DNA of 64,000 bases, taken from NCBI GenBank assembly GCA_965204745.1, contig OZ242010.1, positions 4,128,001 through 4,192,000 of the forward strand, in the 5' to 3' direction. The position numbers were made by a program, and so were the translations under genes. The notes under the pieces are model-generated. The model had not been told where the DNA came from. It worked only from the letters and a program-made list of their open reading frames with translations, and ran no database searches. This DNA is from Candidatus Latescibacterota bacterium (GTDB taxonomy: Bacteria; Latescibacterota; UBA2968). This document shows positions 60,177 to 64,000 of the stretch, one piece after another (positions within the stretch are counted from its first letter, which is position 1; every line of letters starts with the position of its first letter).

Positions 60177-60866
60177 CTACTGGCTTTCGCCTATGAGTTG
60201 CTTGAAATCCTCAATGAAATGCTCAAACAGTTTGACTTTATCGCTTTCCTCAATGTCTGCCTCTGTTAGCACATAACTACCATCGAGGTCAACCTCTACA
60301 ATAGCTCTTCCCTTTTTTGCAGGAAATTTACTCGTCAAAGTTCCATCTTCATCAGGGGTGATAAAATAGACCTTGATGTGTTTCGTAAATTCATCTGCCA
60401 GAAGTTTGAGTTTCCAATATCCCGTTTGGGCAATTCGCTCTCGCAATGTAACTTTGATTGAGAGGAGAGCGATTATCCTCTGGTTTTTAGGATTGTAAAC
60501 GGCGATATCAACATCGGGTAGATGTAACCCAAATTCGTTGAAATCAACGGCCAAATTTCGCTTAACTCGCTTCAGGTCTTGCGGCAGGTTTTTCCGTCTC
60601 TCCAAGTGATTGCCATTAATCACCTTCATGCCGAGGGCTTCAATGGAATCTGTGATAATATGTTGGATCAATTTTTCAAAATTCTTTCCCTTAAAAGCAC
60701 GCCAACTCTGTTCATGATCACCATAGGGTTTATCTTCCAAAAAATCCTGCTTATGACGCTCTTTGGCATCCCGTAAAAGTTGGGAAACCGATTTGTAGGC
60801 TTTCGCCCCCTCCATCACCAGCGTCTGCCTGTACATATCTCTTAAATCCGAAAAATCCATGGTCAT
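60177..60866 (-). CDS. BsaWI-like type II restriction endonuclease
   Basis: QSWRAFKGKNFEKLI, PDVD...SIKVTLRERIAQTGYWK. Confidence 0.8.
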   Translation of the reverse strand: MTMDFSDLRDMYRQTLVMEGAKAYKSVSQLLRDAKERHKQDFLEDKPYGDHEQSWRAFKGKNFEKLIQHIITDSIEALGMKVINGNHLERRKNLPQDLKRVKRNLAVDFNEFGLHLPDVDIAVYNPKNQRIIALLSIKVTLRERIAQTGYWKLKLLADEFTKHIKVYFITPDEDGTLTSKFPAKKGRAIVEVDLDGSYVLTEADIEESDKVKLFEHFIEDFKQLIGESQ

Positions 60867-62207
60867 CTACTCCTTTAAGCCGATAACGATATACTCCGTT
60901 GGATACGCTTCTGAATTTGCCTTATCGTTGCTCGCAAATCTACCCGTTTTTTTATCGCGTTTCTGTGGGAGTATCTTGAGAGGAATTTCCCGTTTTATGA
61001 GCCGATCCAGTTTGAAGCCCGAGTGTTGCAGGGACTCGGCAAATGCTTCGGCATTGCGTATATCAACGCCCTTTAGCTTCGTATTCCCGATGACATAGCA
61101 ACACCTACCTCCCGGTTTCAAGATTCTAAAACTCTCATCGAAGACCTCCTGCATATCTATAAAAAAGGCTTCAATTTCTTTTGCCTTTTTTTTGTTTTTA
61201 GACACCATTTCGTCGACAATGTCAGAGGCAATCTGACTGGATAGCGACTTGGATTCGTACTGTTTATAGGATGTCCCAATGAACTGTTTTCTGTACTCTT
61301 TTAGATCATCAGCTAAATCTAGCCAGAGTGTTGAAAGTTGATGGAGGTCTGCATATTCGTAACTCGTCACATAAGGGCTTGAACTGACAATTAAATCGAC
61401 GCTGTCAGCGGGAACTGCTTGGGCCTTGGCTGAACTTATTTGGACGTTTAGGTAATGCTCCAGATTCTCTTTTATAGGAGATGGAACGACTTCGTAGAAA
61501 TAGGCATTTCCTTTTAGCATTTTTGACAGATGCCTTTTAATCGCATCAGCGGGAGGCGTGGGCCGCTTCTTCATATCCCTTGTCGGTTTCGTACTGCTCT
61601 GGCTCCAAATTGAACATGTTTTGAGAACGTGACTCAACGCGACTAAAAAGAAAGACCGAATGGCTCGGTCAGGTTCATCGAAAATTAAGACGAGAATTTT
61701 CCCTATTTTATTCCGCGCTTCTTCCGTGAACCAGTAGTCAATTCGTTCTAAGTGTTTTTCTGGAATTTGAGGTTGTATTTCATTTTGAAAAAAAAGGCAA
61801 CCTTGATCGTCATCGCGGAACTCACAAATTTTTGACAGAAACAGTTTCGCTTTTTTTTCTAAATAGTCGGGCTTGATAGGCGTTGCTTTCGCTTTGGTTA
61901 CCAAATGGGCGACTTTATTTATATCTGTGCCACTAGCGTGGAGACCTCTTGATATCGCGCTGACAATCGTCGTTCCAGACCCCATGAATGGGTCGTTTAT
62001 GCTCGCCGACCCATTGGTGATATAGCAATCCATCAGTTGCTCTACCAACTGCGGAATAAACTTGGCGGGATACCGGTGGTAGCCATGCGTCCATTTCCCG
62101 GTGTCTGATGGCTTGCATCCGTTGAACGACCAAGCCTTATCAACGGGGGTCTGGTTAAACCATTCGAGAATCTCATTGGGAGACATAAATGAACCTCCAT
62201 TGCTCAA
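60867..62207 (-). CDS. Alpha-class N4-cytosine-type DNA methyltransferase
   Basis: HGYHRYPAKFIPQL, DPFMGSGTT, motif IV variant SSPY. Confidence 0.85.
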   Translation of the reverse strand: MSNGGSFMSPNEILEWFNQTPVDKAWSFNGCKPSDTGKWTHGYHRYPAKFIPQLVEQLMDCYITNGSASINDPFMGSGTTIVSAISRGLHASGTDINKVAHLVTKAKATPIKPDYLEKKAKLFLSKICEFRDDDQGCLFFQNEIQPQIPEKHLERIDYWFTEEARNKIGKILVLIFDEPDRAIRSFFLVALSHVLKTCSIWSQSSTKPTRDMKKRPTPPADAIKRHLSKMLKGNAYFYEVVPSPIKENLEHYLNVQISSAKAQAVPADSVDLIVSSSPYVTSYEYADLHQLSTLWLDLADDLKEYRKQFIGTSYKQYESKSLSSQIASDIVDEMVSKNKKKAKEIEAFFIDMQEVFDESFRILKPGGRCCYVIGNTKLKGVDIRNAEAFAESLQHSGFKLDRLIKREIPLKILPQKRDKKTGRFASNDKANSEAYPTEYIVIGLKE

Positions 62208-62227
62208 AGCGGTTTATGTGCTACAAA

Positions 62228-62890
62228 CTATTGCAGGTCCTCTGTAATCCGTTCAAGTCTTCGGAGATTGTGTTGCTCAACAAAATTTTCGCGCAGAATA
62301 TATGCGACATCCAATTCGTGCAACACAATGGCTTTGCTCTTGTCGATTTTCTCATTTTCTAAGGTCTTGTCTTTATCAGGCGTGAGAAAGAACATTTTGA
62401 TGTGTCGCGTAACAGGGCAGGAACGCAACCTTAACTTCCAATATGCGGTTTGGGCAATGCGCTCGCGTAGCGATATCTTACAGGAAATAATGGCTTTTAC
62501 GGAGGCATCAGAAGGATCGTACACGACGATATCAGCATCCGGCATGTGGCACCCATAAATGCCTAAATCAACTAAAATATTGCGCTTAACTTTACAAAGT
62601 ATTGTGTCATTTTGTTGTTTTTCAAGAATTGAGCCTCGAATCAACTCGAGCGGGATCCCTGCATCGTCGATCAGTCTCGAGAGAATGTGGATCATGAGCT
62701 TCTCGAAATTCTGACCATTCCACGAACGCCACGATTGACCCATGTCACCTTTGAAATCATCTTTCTCCTTTTCCCGCACGTACAATTTTTCGACTTTCTC
62801 CAAAAAGGTGGGCAGATTTTCGTAGGCTTTTGGATTGCGTTTGACCTCTTCGTCGTAGAGATCCTGAAGGTCTTCAAATTTAAATGGCAT
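62228..62890 (-). CDS. Second BsaWI-like restriction endonuclease
   Basis: QSWRSWNGQNFEKL, PDAD...SCKISLRERIAQTAYWK. Confidence 0.78.
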   Translation of the reverse strand: MPFKFEDLQDLYDEEVKRNPKAYENLPTFLEKVEKLYVREKEKDDFKGDMGQSWRSWNGQNFEKLMIHILSRLIDDAGIPLELIRGSILEKQQNDTILCKVKRNILVDLGIYGCHMPDADIVVYDPSDASVKAIISCKISLRERIAQTAYWKLRLRSCPVTRHIKMFFLTPDKDKTLENEKIDKSKAIVLHELDVAYILRENFVEQHNLRRLERITEDLQ

Positions 62891-62906
62891 TTAGGTAACT
62901 CCTTTG

Positions 62907-63170
62907 TCATTTCGTCAAGGATGGCGAAGTATCCCCGCGCTTGTCATTGGATTCTTCTGCGCGGAGTTTTTTTAGAAGATCAATCCAAACTGCAGCCTTG
63001 ATCACTGTTTCCAGTACATGATCTACGATGATCCATTTTTGTATAACCTCGCTCCAATACGCTCTTACATTGGGAGTGGTAGCCTCTTGAATCTGTATGC
63101 GTACCCAATCTATATCTGTTGCCAGTGATCTCCGGTACTCCTTAAGGTCAATTATTACTTTTTTATTCAT
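62907..63170 (-). CDS. Small hypothetical protein
   Basis: AGGAGG RBS, 87 aa. Confidence 0.55.
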   Translation of the reverse strand: MNKKVIIDLKEYRRSLATDIDWVRIQIQEATTPNVRAYWSEVIQKWIIVDHVLETVIKAAVWIDLLKKLRAEESNDKRGDTSPSLTK

Positions 63171-63326
63171 CTACGCCTCCTTTTGAACTGTTGCCACAAT
63201 ATCACTACAAGAGATATCAAAGTCAATTATTGTTTTGCGATTCATCAACGCCTTGACGAGACGGCTATCCTCGCCATATCCCAGGGTATCATTGAGAATA
63301 TTCTCATTTCCTACGGGAGAGTACAT
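63171..63326 (-). CDS. 51-aa hypothetical protein not in the ORF track
   Basis: AGGAGG RBS; MYSPVGNE...VQKEA; stop abuts the next ATG. Confidence 0.4.
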   Translation of the reverse strand: MYSPVGNENILNDTLGYGEDSRLVKALMNRKTIIDFDISCSDIVATVQKEA

Positions 63327-63411
63327 ATCATCCTCCTAAAATGTCGCGCTTAACGTTGCAAAGCACAGCGCGGGATTTCGGTATTGCAGCCATCCGCCGA
63401 TCCTCTCTCAT

Positions 63412-64000
<589 letters not shown>

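Overview
A GC-rich bacterial chromosomal window. The C-terminal 'DFDGDGxVxFxDFxxFA' EF-hand/dockerin tails resemble those of Latescibacterota-like host-associated bacteria (inference only). The window is dominated by three paralogous giant secreted surface proteins: A (<2-4675, +), B (37847-43080, -, frameshifted) and C (47102-55672, -). They are built from interchangeable modules: variable GLUG-like tips, ~110-aa Calx-beta-like stalk repeats and one of two dockerin-like anchors. A and B each carry an orphaned second anchor directly downstream. B has a G23 tract beside its RBS and sits between 69-bp inverted repeats next to an IS903-like element, in the interval where strand G/C skew flips. 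Also present are a dockerin/cohesin-like scaffold protein, tRNA-Gly(GCC), catabolic genes and a sigma-54 LpoB lipoprotein operon. Defence-like insertions include a K+-channel + GIY-YIG pair, orphan HicB, a Schlafen/AlbA protein, a DUF5131-TcmP relic, and a two-REase/two-MTase restriction-modification island downstream of gap. Several families of short intergenic repeats occur throughout. All product calls come from motifs read by eye; no database search was run.
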